IMG/VR virus record: IMGVR_UViG_3300036832_000189
Coordinates: 1-62,247 of that record
Source: a virus
Lineage: Duplodnaviria > Caudoviricetes
DNA length: 62,247 nt
Reading direction: 5' to 3' (one strand)
Made by a program: the position numbers and the translations under genes. Positions 8,704 through 17,876 of this stretch are shown here, one piece after another; position 1 is the stretch's first letter, and each line of letters begins with the position of its first letter. The notes below the pieces were generated by a model that did not search any database, was not told where the DNA came from, and was given only the letters and a program-made list of their open reading frames with translations.

Positions 8704-10872
8704 CTACCTTCCTGGTACTGCATAGTACAGTTCAGCCTTTCCACTCTTGCTGATTTGTATTTGCATGCGTTGTTCGAGTGTGTCTACGATTAGCCGGAAC
8801 ACTCTTGAATCCAAACGCATACTTACAAGCAGTTCCGAGCGTGACACGCCTGGTTGTCGCCGAATGCGATGAAGTACCCGATCGAGCAGCCTTTCATTCG
8901 CAGTTATGCCCGTGCGTTCTACGACCTGGATAGAATACGGTATCCACGGCTCCCAGTAGTGGACTGCATGAGCTATGTCCTCTGACTCTACACTGATGCG
9001 ATCCACTATATCGGGCTCTTGTCTTGCCGCTGCCAACAACGTCGCCATTTTGAGCATGGACATGCAACTGCGATTCATTATTGGCATGAATGTGTCATCC
9101 ATAGGGTGATCGCTGGCCCACTTTATGTATGTGGAGTAAATGTCATTCCACAAGACCCACGCGTCGTCAGTCAGATCAGCCATCACTGGCACCAACCGAC
9201 CAAGGGTCTGCGACCCTATTTGAATATTTTGCATCCGTGTGTAGTTGTCGTATATCTTCTTGAAGTCTTCGTAGAGTTCATTCTCGAGAGACTCATCTCT
9301 TTGCCTTTTAGGGCCAAGAGGCTTCATTTGATCTATGCTTGAACTACCCATGACAAATAGAAACCGTGGAAAGAATCCACTGAACAGGTGTTCATCTGTA
9401 CTCTCTGCATGGAATGCGTTCCTGATTCCACCAGCCAGGATACTAAATACCGGGTCACGCACGGTGATCGTTTCCTTGCGTAGGTGACGCTTTACGTCGT
9501 CTCCGTCGTACAGCTTGGTCATCAACTCAAGCAACCCAGCGAGATAATCTTTCTTAGCGGTGCCTTTGATTAGACCTAGCACCTCGTCGCGGTAGAACAG
9601 GCTTGTCCTTCCTGGACGTGAACGCAGAGCCTCAAGAATGCCCTCCGGTGATCCTTCTTCTGTTGCCAAGATGATATCCTCATCAATTTTGTCCATTATC
9701 TTCTTGGCATATCTCATGGCTGTAGACTTGCGTGTGATTGTAGTCTCACCGAGAATGATAATCCACAAGTTTGTTTTGAGGTCACCCATTGAGGTTTCCA
9801 GTTTGAGGCTCGAGCTACACATGGTCGATAACAGCATGAATGCTGCTGCCTCATGGTATTGCTTTGGTGCATCTGTAACTCTCTGACCCCATTCAACATA
9901 CTTTTCAACAATCCCAGGTGTGAACTTCATATCAATGTTGAGTTCAGGTGGGGTGTTACCACCAATGATCCCGACACTGAATGTGTTCTCACCCAGGATC
10001 TTCTTCTCAGCTCGGAGAACATCCCACCACAGACGTTCCGGATGTCCGTCCCGTGCGAATTTGTTGCACGGAGTTCCTGTGACGACGGCGTAGACTTCTT
10101 CTCTACTGAGGCCGACCTCAAACAAACTTCTTTCTATGTGCCACAGAGCACTTGACCAATCACCGTCCCTGATGATTGGATCTTCTATAGCCTTTACAAG
10201 CCAAGGCTCCAGCTTGTGCAGGTTGTCCTGTAACACCGTTTGTGGGTCAAAAATGCGGTCTGGAGGATCAATCCAATCTATAGACCTGTTCTCTACCTTT
10301 GGTAGACCCAGGAAAGATTCAAGGTCACAGACTATAGGCTGTATGTCCAGAGATACTAGAGGTCGCTCAGGGTACTTGTAGTTGTGCGTGTATGGAACAC
10401 GCAGAAGCTGACTCAAGTCCCAGCCGCTTTGATCGACGCCGCGTTCTGCGTTCGCGCGAGCGATTCTGCAGCTCAAATCCTCCGCGATAAGTGCGGGTGT
10501 AGAATCTTTCAGGGGCCAGAATCCCTGCCATCTACCGTTACTGGTTTGGAGGGTGACCGGGGGATTTATAGGTTCAACCGCTCCCGGCACGCACTCATCC
10601 AGATCAGCCCACAGCGCGTAGCACTCCTGGACGTTTATCTTATTGCGTTTGGGTTCCCACAGCAGTTGACCCCCAAACCATACGTTATGCCCGACTGCAA
10701 CGCTGTTGATGTGGGCGATGATATCTGCGGCTTGCGCAGGCCACTTGAAGTATGTTTCCAGAAAGGCCCGCTTTGTCGCGGGGGCGTGTGCTATGCAGAG
10801 ATACCCCTCGTGTGTGCCGAATATCGCCTCAAAAAACTCGATGCGTTGAACATCCGTGTTGATTGATGACAT
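8704..10872 (-). CDS. Primase (RepB/AEP-like) fused to DUF3987-like helicase domain
   Basis: LWADLD, QTSNGRWQGFW, LLRVP primase motifs; GETTITRKST P-loop; winged-helix-like tail. Confidence 0.85.
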   Translation of the reverse strand: MSSINTDVQRIEFFEAIFGTHEGYLCIAHAPATKRAFLETYFKWPAQAADIIAHINSVAVGHNVWFGGQLLWEPKRNKINVQECYALWADLDECVPGAVEPINPPVTLQTSNGRWQGFWPLKDSTPALIAEDLSCRIARANAERGVDQSGWDLSQLLRVPYTHNYKYPERPLVSLDIQPIVCDLESFLGLPKVENRSIDWIDPPDRIFDPQTVLQDNLHKLEPWLVKAIEDPIIRDGDWSSALWHIERSLFEVGLSREEVYAVVTGTPCNKFARDGHPERLWWDVLRAEKKILGENTFSVGIIGGNTPPELNIDMKFTPGIVEKYVEWGQRVTDAPKQYHEAAAFMLLSTMCSSSLKLETSMGDLKTNLWIIILGETTITRKSTAMRYAKKIMDKIDEDIILATEEGSPEGILEALRSRPGRTSLFYRDEVLGLIKGTAKKDYLAGLLELMTKLYDGDDVKRHLRKETITVRDPVFSILAGGIRNAFHAESTDEHLFSGFFPRFLFVMGSSSIDQMKPLGPKRQRDESLENELYEDFKKIYDNYTRMQNIQIGSQTLGRLVPVMADLTDDAWVLWNDIYSTYIKWASDHPMDDTFMPIMNRSCMSMLKMATLLAAARQEPDIVDRISVESEDIAHAVHYWEPWIPYSIQVVERTGITANERLLDRVLHRIRRQPGVSRSELLVSMRLDSRVFRLIVDTLEQRMQIQISKSGKAELYYAVPGR

Positions 10873-10893
10873 CCACCCTGCCTGTAAATGGAA

Positions 10894-10919
10894 GGTGGAG
10901 GGCATTTCTGCCCTCCACC
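10894..10919 (-). terminator. GAAA-tetraloop hairpin after SSB (terminator or attenuator)
   Basis: 11-bp perfect stem GGTGGAGGGCA/TGCCCTCCACC followed by TTCCATTT on the minus strand. Confidence 0.6.
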
Positions 10920-10929
10920 CTTGGTGGTA

Positions 10930-11421
10930 CTACAACGAGGCGAGTCCGCTGCTTGCACCTGCAGTCTGTGCAGGCTTCACTCGCTTGACGACGTTCTGGA
11001 AGTCTCCAGAACCCTTCGGGTATTCTCGCAGTCCGAGGACAACGCGACATTCCCGTCCGGCCAACTCCTCGTAGTCAGGCAGCTCTTTCCAACCCCGAAT
11101 CTCATCCGGTGAGAATCCGATGGCCGCGAAGTACGTGAACACGCTGTCCATCATCGTCTGATAGTGCTCGTACGGTTGACCGTCGATCTTCTCCGGCGGA
11201 ATCACCATCTGATCGAACACACGCCTGTTCTCGTACTCGCCACTCTCGTCGTTGATCTTGAACTGAGTGGCGATCATCGGTGTATCTGCAGGCAGCTTGG
11301 CGTTGTCGCCACCCTTCGTCTTCTTCTCCTTGACCTCGAAGACAGTGGCGTCGTACGTACCCGCCGGCAAAGGCTCGAAGTTCTGCTCCTTGGCGTTCTT
11401 GAGGTTGACCTTGAGAGGCAT
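10930..11421 (-). CDS. DUF669-like single-stranded DNA-binding protein
   Basis: FEPLPAGTY, ENRRVFD, ELAGREC, NVVKRV motifs; next to Sak4-like gene. Confidence 0.8.
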   Translation of the reverse strand: MPLKVNLKNAKEQNFEPLPAGTYDATVFEVKEKKTKGGDNAKLPADTPMIATQFKINDESGEYENRRVFDQMVIPPEKIDGQPYEHYQTMMDSVFTYFAAIGFSPDEIRGWKELPDYEELAGRECRVVLGLREYPKGSGDFQNVVKRVKPAQTAGASSGLASL

Positions 11422-11458
11422 CTTGCTCCTTGTGTTTTCGCTTTATCGTTTAGGTGGC

Positions 11459-12214
11459 CTAAGCCGCAAGTGCGTTCCATATCATTGGAACGTTGGGGTT
11501 CTCGATTATAGGCCCGAACTGATCCTCGAGCTGCAACCGATCCTTACCCCGGTACTTCGGGTGATTCCCAATAACTAACCTCCTTTCGATGCGATCCTTC
11601 TCTACCACAGTGTAGAGATAGCCGACGGTGTCCAGGAACGCAGGCACTTCTGCAGCCAGCTTTCCTGTCAGGTTTGGCACGTAGGTTACCTTGCCCGTGG
11701 ATTCATCTTGGTCACGCTTGGCGAGAGAAGTAAATATCGTGTTACACGGTAAGTCCCTGAATGCACGGACGATCTTGCGCATATGCGCTGTAGACTTGCC
11801 GTACTCCCGCTGTGCGGGAACGTCAACATCTCGATCTGAGTGCTCACGCACAACCTCCCGCATGATATCAGCCAGGTCGAGTTTCTGCAGCTCGCTGACG
11901 CTGTCAATGATGACTGTTCGGTACGTCTTGCCTTGATCGGCTTCGAGCTCGTCGTAGATTGATACAAGCTGGTTGATGCTGCGAACTTGTACTACTTCGA
12001 TCTCGGGACGTTTACGAATCGTTGCTGTACCGCCTTCGATGTCTAGGAAGAGGACAGGTGTTGTACTCGGATGATCCTGTGCGGTGCTGGCGAAGTACGT
12101 TTTGCCGGCACCGTAGTCACCATAGATCAGCAGGTTGAACCATCCGATTGCCCTGTCCGCAGACACAGCTCCAATCCGTTCAGCGAGTGGTGCTTCTTTC
12201 GTTGCTGTTGCCAA
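11459..12214 (-). CDS. AAA_24/Sak4-like recombination ATPase
   Basis: LIYGDYGAGKT, FLDIEGG, VIIDSVSE. Confidence 0.88.
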   Translation of the reverse strand: MATATKEAPLAERIGAVSADRAIGWFNLLIYGDYGAGKTYFASTAQDHPSTTPVLFLDIEGGTATIRKRPEIEVVQVRSINQLVSIYDELEADQGKTYRTVIIDSVSELQKLDLADIMREVVREHSDRDVDVPAQREYGKSTAHMRKIVRAFRDLPCNTIFTSLAKRDQDESTGKVTYVPNLTGKLAAEVPAFLDTVGYLYTVVEKDRIERRLVIGNHPKYRGKDRLQLEDQFGPIIENPNVPMIWNALAA

Positions 12215-12224
12215 CGCACTCCTT

Positions 12225-12335
12225 TCAGTGAGCTATTGCTAGGCCGATTATCCACACGATGACTACAATGGTAATCAACCCTGTGAACAGTCCGAAGAAC
12301 AGCCCAAAGAAGCTGTCTGGGTGTCTCTGATTCAT
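12225..12335 (-). CDS. 36-aa single-TM microprotein
   Basis: AGGAG RBS; MNQRHPDSFFGLFFGLFTGLITIVVIVWIIGLAIAH. Confidence 0.6.
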   Translation of the reverse strand: MNQRHPDSFFGLFFGLFTGLITIVVIVWIIGLAIAH

Positions 12336-12421
12336 GTAAATCTCCTGTCGCGTGTGGTCGCAGGATCATCTGCTATCCATTCACGTAATCTACGCCACCA
12401 CCTACGCAGTCGTTTAGTCAT
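12332..12421 (-). CDS. 29-aa Arg/Trp-rich peptide
   Basis: MTKRLRRWWRRLREWIADDPATTRDRRFT; overlaps both neighbours. Confidence 0.45.
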   Translation of the reverse strand: MTKRLRRWWRRLREWIADDPATTRDRRFT

Positions 12422-13553
12422 TTCCCACCACGGCTATGCTTGTGTAGTGACCTTCTGAGTCCATGTTGGGCTCGTAGTTGATGTCGAGCATGTACTGCAC
12501 GTCTGTGCCGTCGTTTGTAGCCAGACATGGGCCACGGAACGGACACTTGATGCAATACCACTCGCCTGTGGCGTTCGGGTAGATGTTGAGATTCGGCGAG
12601 AGCATATCCTCAATCTCCATCTTGATACGATCACCGCATGCCCTGAGTTCGTAGTCGTTGCGCTTCACGAGCTCTCTGTGGATGAACCTCTTATCACCGA
12701 TTTCCTTGAGCCACTCATAGTACGATTGTGCCTTCTCGTTCTCGATGAACCACTGTTTGAGTGCTTCATCTCGCATGATGACCTCTGAGAACAGCCCAGA
12801 AGTTGTCATCTCTTTCTGTCGATCAAGTGACGGCAGGTCACGTGTGGTCATCGTCGGTGGTTTTGGATACGCCTTGAACAGCACGTTGTAGAGCACGAAG
12901 TCGATCTTCTTGTACGGTAGATCGTACAGGTCGGCTTCCTCCTGTGCGGCCCACATGTACCGTGTAACCTGCTCGTCCATGTCGAGCTTGAGCAGGAAGT
13001 CCTCGTCGTCGTGTCGGGACGAGGTCTTATGATCCATAACACCGTACCTGTCGGTGCGTTTGTCGCGTACCACCATATCCATGCGTCCACGGTAATATAC
13101 GGGGAGGTTCTTCCGCGGGCCAATGTCACACGCCTGCCCTGTTGGAACAGAGAAGAGATGTTCTGTGTTGACAACCTCGAAGTCATCATTCAGTTTCGCC
13201 CACTCGGTGTAGAATCTGAGCATACCTTGCCCCAGATCCATGTGATAGGCAAATTGCTCCTCGTTCTCGTAGAAAAACCCTTCATTGAGTTTCTTTACCG
13301 TGTTTGTGAGCTGAGTCCACTCGCCCACAAATACATCTACTGCCTTTGGGTCTCCCGTTTTGTACATGTACTCGAGAGCTGCATGTACTGCAGTCCCAAA
13401 GCTGAGGTTGAAGTTGATACCCTGGCTCGAGACTTTCGGACGCAGGTTGTGTCGCATTGGGCTTGTCCAGTCCCAACGTCGCCGACACCGCTTGAACGTG
13501 GCTGTGTCCGACGTGTGGACGTATAATCCATGTTCAGTTATTGTTTCTGGCAT
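12414..13553 (-). CDS. Cas4/RecB-like PD-(D/E)XK exonuclease with Fe-S cysteines
   Basis: FKRCRRRW, FGTAVHAALE, GRMD...DHKT, CIKCPFRGPC; start at ATG 13553. Confidence 0.88.
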   Translation of the reverse strand: MPETITEHGLYVHTSDTATFKRCRRRWDWTSPMRHNLRPKVSSQGINFNLSFGTAVHAALEYMYKTGDPKAVDVFVGEWTQLTNTVKKLNEGFFYENEEQFAYHMDLGQGMLRFYTEWAKLNDDFEVVNTEHLFSVPTGQACDIGPRKNLPVYYRGRMDMVVRDKRTDRYGVMDHKTSSRHDDEDFLLKLDMDEQVTRYMWAAQEEADLYDLPYKKIDFVLYNVLFKAYPKPPTMTTRDLPSLDRQKEMTTSGLFSEVIMRDEALKQWFIENEKAQSYYEWLKEIGDKRFIHRELVKRNDYELRACGDRIKMEIEDMLSPNLNIYPNATGEWYCIKCPFRGPCLATNDGTDVQYMLDINYEPNMDSEGHYTSIAVVGND

Positions 13554-13635
13554 TTCGCTCCAAATTTTGAGCCTGAAAATGTAGTTGTCAAAACTGCCAA
13601 CACAGGCTCCATTTACACGAAAACCCCACAGGCTG

Positions 13636-14589
13636 TTAGGCGCTGTAGAACGGGTCGAGTGCCAACTTCTTGAATGCAGCCAATGTTGTAGGTGATGAAT
13701 CCATGCGGTAGTCACCGCCCACAGCAGCTACTCGACTCGTCCAACAGATTGCAAACACCTGACCTGGGCCTGTTCCTGCACCGAAGCCCTTTAGCGCCTT
13801 GTCCAGTTGGGCTAGCTGCGATGCTGGGTTCTTGTTGCTGGCGATGCCTGTCTCACCCGTCATAAACGGCTTGCCAACCGCCTTGGCCCAGTTATGCAGC
13901 GCAGTGAACATTGTGGTGATACTGGTGCCGGTTGTTGACTTCACGTACAGGTCGCCACCGGCCAGGTCGTAATACTGCGGGCCTGGGTCGATCTTGGAGA
14001 TTTGGTATGGTGCCACAGTTGCGTTCGGTTTGCCTGATCCGTATTTGGGGTCTTTGATGAGCTGGTTTGCGTCCGGTACCAAGCAAAGTGCAACACAGCC
14101 GCCCTTGGAGATGTGATATCCACGTGATACACAGAGGTCGTGGATGTGCTTGAAGAACGCGGTGAAGTCAGCGGGCGTCCCTGCATTCTTACCGCCTGGG
14201 GCCTCGCTGAGTGTTGTTTGCTCATGGTGAGGCGAGTAGTAGAACGGCCTGTTGGTCGTCCAGTTACCGGACTTGGTGACCGCATCCCACAAGGTCACGA
14301 AGATGGTGTCGTAGTGGCCGGCTGCGCCCGACTTCCAGAAGGTGCCGCTGGTGTTCGTGTCTGGCTTGATGACGTTCGGCTTGCCGTTCTGGTAGATGAA
14401 CCTTGACCTGCCACGCGCAAGTGCGTTGAGAATCTCTGGTGAGATAGTAGGCTTGTTGTCTGGGCCGTAGTTCTTGCGGATACCTGCGAACTTCCGTCCG
14501 AGCTTGGTCTCGAGAGCTTCTGTATCCTGCTCCGAGTCTCCGGCTGCGGACATGTTCTGCGTTGACTGGATACACCAGTAACAGGGCAT
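13636..14589 (-). CDS. GH26-like glycoside hydrolase, no signal peptide
   Basis: AAGHYD, SPHHEQ (acid/base), DPGPQYYDLAGGDLY, GKPFMTGETG (nucleophile). Confidence 0.75.
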   Translation of the reverse strand: MPCYWCIQSTQNMSAAGDSEQDTEALETKLGRKFAGIRKNYGPDNKPTISPEILNALARGRSRFIYQNGKPNVIKPDTNTSGTFWKSGAAGHYDTIFVTLWDAVTKSGNWTTNRPFYYSPHHEQTTLSEAPGGKNAGTPADFTAFFKHIHDLCVSRGYHISKGGCVALCLVPDANQLIKDPKYGSGKPNATVAPYQISKIDPGPQYYDLAGGDLYVKSTTGTSITTMFTALHNWAKAVGKPFMTGETGIASNKNPASQLAQLDKALKGFGAGTGPGQVFAICWTSRVAAVGGDYRMDSSPTTLAAFKKLALDPFYSA

Positions 14590-14694
14590 AGTAACCTTTC
14601 GTAGTTAGGCGGCGCGTTCACCGCTCCGTGGGCAGGTTACGGGCACGCGGTGAACGCGCCTTGCACCAGGACTCCCCACGGGGGAGCATGGGGT
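14590..14694 (-). promoter_or_regulatory. Structured intergenic leader with potential RBS-occluding pairing
   Basis: 14-bp perfect stem; internal GTAACCT complementary to AGGTTAC of the RBS. Confidence 0.45.
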
Positions 14695-15438
14695 TCATTC
14701 TGGTGCGTCTTCTGAATCTGCAACAACACGCTCGATGTCCTGCCAGTTCTCCTGTCCTGCCATGCGAGCTCGTTCGGCGATCCTGTGTGACGTTGGTGCC
14801 TTGTCAGACTGGATGAGCTGGTACCAACCGCGAGATGGAGTCCACGCTCCGATGTATCCACCACTGAGCAGTTGGTGTGGCTTGGAGATGTGGCTCATAT
14901 AGTCATACGGGTATGGATCACCGCTGAACCACGCGGGCGTGACGAAATCTGAGACTATCACCACATTGCCATTTGCGAGCTTGATGGGATAGCCGAACTC
15001 ATCTGCTTCACACGCATCACACGCCTCATAGGCGTGGAACATCGTGTTCCCCACCTGGGCACAGTTGACGCACTGTGCATCTCCAAGCGTCTCGAGGATT
15101 TCGTGGCTCATCGTGATACTGACAAGTCCACCATCCTCTTGTGTGAGCTGTGCATCGACCCTCATAATCGGCTTGCCTGACTCATCATCGTGGTAGCCGA
15201 GCGCACCGGAAATGTCGATAGTGTCAGCGATGTAGCAGGGCCACACGTGCTTCTGCGCTAGAAATGCATCCGTGATTCCATCTGGGTAGAAGGTGACACT
15301 TGCGCCTGCTCCCCATGAGGGTCGAAAGTGGTAGTTGACCTGACGTGCGATTGCCGTACAGTAGTCCTGTACTTCTACGTCGGTCACGACCTTTGAGCTG
15401 TTGATGACCGCAATATGCGGCAGGTAATATGTCGTCAC
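14695..15438 (-). CDS. HExxE zincin-like protein (Phi-1/EXORDIUM-like motif set)
   Basis: GALGYH, SHEILETLGD, YEACDACE, VSDFVTPAWF. Confidence 0.65.
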   Translation of the reverse strand: MTTYYLPHIAVINSSKVVTDVEVQDYCTAIARQVNYHFRPSWGAGASVTFYPDGITDAFLAQKHVWPCYIADTIDISGALGYHDDESGKPIMRVDAQLTQEDGGLVSITMSHEILETLGDAQCVNCAQVGNTMFHAYEACDACEADEFGYPIKLANGNVVIVSDFVTPAWFSGDPYPYDYMSHISKPHQLLSGGYIGAWTPSRGWYQLIQSDKAPTSHRIAERARMAGQENWQDIERVVADSEDAPE

Positions 15439-15447
15439 AATCCCTCC

Positions 15448-15636
15448 TTATGAAATACGTCGCAGGACACGTCGAGCAATGTCCTCGTCCGCGATGGCTG
15501 CTGTTCTTGCACCAGATGATGTGGCGTACTTGAGAACGCCAGGCTGCTTTGCGATGAGATCCGCGAGAGCCCTGCTCACGACTTCTGCTTCTTCATCGGT
15601 TAGACCGATAGTCCGTTCTTGTGTTTCGGTGCTCAC
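15448..15636 (-). CDS. Hypothetical protein
   Basis: AAGGAGG RBS before GTG 15636. Confidence 0.6.
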   Translation of the reverse strand: MSTETQERTIGLTDEEAEVVSRALADLIAKQPGVLKYATSSGARTAAIADEDIARRVLRRIS

Positions 15637-15806
15637 ATTGCCTCCTTGAGTTGTAGGACTATTTCCATTGCACGATCTGGGCCTACTTCTTTCCGTTTTC
15701 GATGGTAGTAGGACTTGTAGGACTGACATCTCGAGCTGCTGCAGAACTTTCCTGCGCGTGTGAGGCGTGTGTTGCAAATGCAGCATCGGTAGAGTATGCG
15801 GTTCAT
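15633..15806 (-). CDS. Small zinc-finger protein
   Basis: CCIC...KFCSSSRC; AAGGAG RBS. Confidence 0.6.
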   Translation of the reverse strand: MNRILYRCCICNTRLTRAGKFCSSSRCQSYKSYYHRKRKEVGPDRAMEIVLQLKEAM

Positions 15807-17230
15807 ACTTGGAATATCTCCTTGAACCAACCCTGTTTCCGAGCTACCTTAGCTCGAACATAACCGTCGATGGTGCCACGGGCATAGATGTCAACGATGT
15901 TGGTGGGGAGCGTTTGGCCCGGTCTGTGTACTCGATCCTCAGCTTGGTTGTTGTCCTTTGGCGTCCATGCCCGATCCACAAAGATCGCTGAATCCGCCCG
16001 TGTAAGAGTAATGCTTTCACTTCCCAACGCAGCAGTACAATGAAAGACCTTAGCGTTCCCGCGTTGGAAGGAGTTGACCTTAGATAGACGAACTTGTTCG
16101 GAGTCTCGTTCCAGCATGTTGTGGTATGAGACAGACGCACGTTCTAGCCTCCGATTCAGGAGCTTGCCGGTGTCTCTGTGCTGGTAGAAGATGACGACGG
16201 GGTTTGTGGTGTCGGCGAGCACGTCCATTACAGCGTCCAACTTGGAGCTAGGTTCTATGAGCTCGATGTCGTAGACCCATCTCTCTTCGCGCTCAAGCCA
16301 ACGACGACCCCTAACCTGTGGCGTTGCTGCAGTGATTTGGCGCAGGCGAGACAATGCCGATAACACATTTGGAGAGTAAAAGGGCACTCCCGCTTGGTCA
16401 AGGGACATAAGTTCTGCCTTGATTTCATTGTACATCCTTTGCTGCACGCGGTTCAAACTGACTTCGTGCGTGTAGCGAATCTTTGGCGGCAGCTCAGGAA
16501 ATACTTCTCGCTTTGTGCGCCTACGTGCGAAGCTGTAGATCAGGTCTTTGAGCTCTTGCTTGTGCTCCTGGTTGATGCCGATGATCTTTCTGTAGCCACG
16601 ACGTACAGATTCTTCATCATCTACGTCGAACTCGCAGAAATAGCTGGCGAACTCCCAGAAGCCTGGCATGTCCTTTGTGAGAAAGCGGATTTGTGACCAC
16701 AGGTCTGACGGATCATTCACGTATGGTGAACCCGTCATTATGTGCCTTACATCTGCTTTGATGTACCAGAGTTGCTGAGAACACTGAGCGTTACGGTTCT
16801 TGATACGGTGCGACTCGTCGAGGATCGCCAAGTCGAAAGATGCAGATCGTATCGCCTTTGCAACAGCCGATCGCCTCGTAAAGAGGTTATAATGAGCGAG
16901 AAACACACCTCGTTCTGCCTTCTCTCTACGATGGTGTGTATGCCCAAGGGCAGGTGGCGTATTCTGACTTTCGATTCTGTAGACTGGTATGTCTCCGAGG
17001 ACATACGGAAGAGTTTGTTCATAGGTGATTTTCCCCGTTTTTGAGGTTACGACCAGGATGCGTTGAGCTCCGATATCTTCTGCCAGGAACTCAGCAGTCG
17101 TGGTCTTGAAACAGCCCATGTCGCTGAAATTGGCAGATGCGTCCAACGGCACAAAGAACTCTAGATCCTCCATCTGAAATTCTTTCCGCGTGTAGACGTT
17201 AGAAGCAGGCGAAGTCAGGATCACAGTCAT
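15803..17230 (-). CDS. SNF2-family helicase
   Basis: DMGCFKT, ILDESH, MTGSP, SESITLT, QAEDRVHRPGQ. Confidence 0.92.
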   Translation of the reverse strand: MTVILTSPASNVYTRKEFQMEDLEFFVPLDASANFSDMGCFKTTTAEFLAEDIGAQRILVVTSKTGKITYEQTLPYVLGDIPVYRIESQNTPPALGHTHHRREKAERGVFLAHYNLFTRRSAVAKAIRSASFDLAILDESHRIKNRNAQCSQQLWYIKADVRHIMTGSPYVNDPSDLWSQIRFLTKDMPGFWEFASYFCEFDVDDEESVRRGYRKIIGINQEHKQELKDLIYSFARRRTKREVFPELPPKIRYTHEVSLNRVQQRMYNEIKAELMSLDQAGVPFYSPNVLSALSRLRQITAATPQVRGRRWLEREERWVYDIELIEPSSKLDAVMDVLADTTNPVVIFYQHRDTGKLLNRRLERASVSYHNMLERDSEQVRLSKVNSFQRGNAKVFHCTAALGSESITLTRADSAIFVDRAWTPKDNNQAEDRVHRPGQTLPTNIVDIYARGTIDGYVRAKVARKQGWFKEIFQV

Positions 17231-17456
17231 AGATTAGACCTACGTGTGTGACGTCCCACTGGATGCCGCGGGCCAACTCGTACGTGATTGTTTCCAACTT
17301 CGAGACTTGGTGAGAGAACGGCACAATTTCTATTGCCGTATCCCGTAGTACAGGCACATAGATGGTCGGCTTTGGCTCCTCTACGGCCACCCGCTTTCCA
17401 TCCAGAGGCCCACCACAGAAATACGCTATGTATTTCAACTCCGAGAGTGTTGCCAA
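17199..17456 (-). CDS. Hypothetical protein (FxGGPLDG family)
   Basis: FCGGPLDG motif seen in small phage proteins; TTG start. Confidence 0.6.
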   Translation of the reverse strand: MATLSELKYIAYFCGGPLDGKRVAVEEPKPTIYVPVLRDTAIEIVPFSHQVSKLETITYELARGIQWDVTHVGLIYDCDPDFACF

Positions 17457-17458
17457 TG

Positions 17459-17710
17459 TTATGATTCCCTGGCACGGCGAGCTGTGTTGTACTGTTCGAT
17501 CTTCTTGAGGAACTCTGCGAAGTGTAGGCCATCGTTGAACGGGAACACGAGTGTCTCTGTGCCGTCCACGCTGTTGATGACGATTGCCGGCGACCCATCT
17601 GGGTTGAATCCAAAGTCCGGTGTGAACCACCCCATATCTAGGATAGTTGTACGATGCGAACGTGGTAGAGGATCTGCCGGTGGTCTGTTGTTCTCGATGG
17701 GGCTATGCAT
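17459..17710 (-). CDS. Hypothetical protein
   Basis: ORF packing. Confidence 0.55.
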   Translation of the reverse strand: MHSPIENNRPPADPLPRSHRTTILDMGWFTPDFGFNPDGSPAIVINSVDGTETLVFPFNDGLHFAEFLKKIEQYNTARRARES

Positions 17711-17876
17711 TCTGTTGCCCCCAGAAGTAGATGGCAATAGGCTGGCCCGTATCTATCATGTTCGCGTGTACGTCACAGACAGGTACGGTCAGCATCTGTC
17801 CAAATCCTGTTACCTGCCGCTGCTGGTTACCCACGTTGGAGCATGCAACGTACGCGCAACCCTGTTGGTCTACCAT
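17703..17876 (-). CDS. 57-aa Cx4C...CxxH protein
   Basis: Hand-translated MVDQQGCAYVAC...VCDVH; GAGGAG RBS. Confidence 0.55.
   Translation of the reverse strand: MVDQQGCAYVACSNVGNQQRQVTGFGQMLTVPVCDVHANMIDTGQPIAIYFWGQQNA

Noticed and set aside
12414-13553. CRISPR-associated cas4
   Set aside because: Context is exonuclease-Sak4-SSB recombination; no other cas genes or array.
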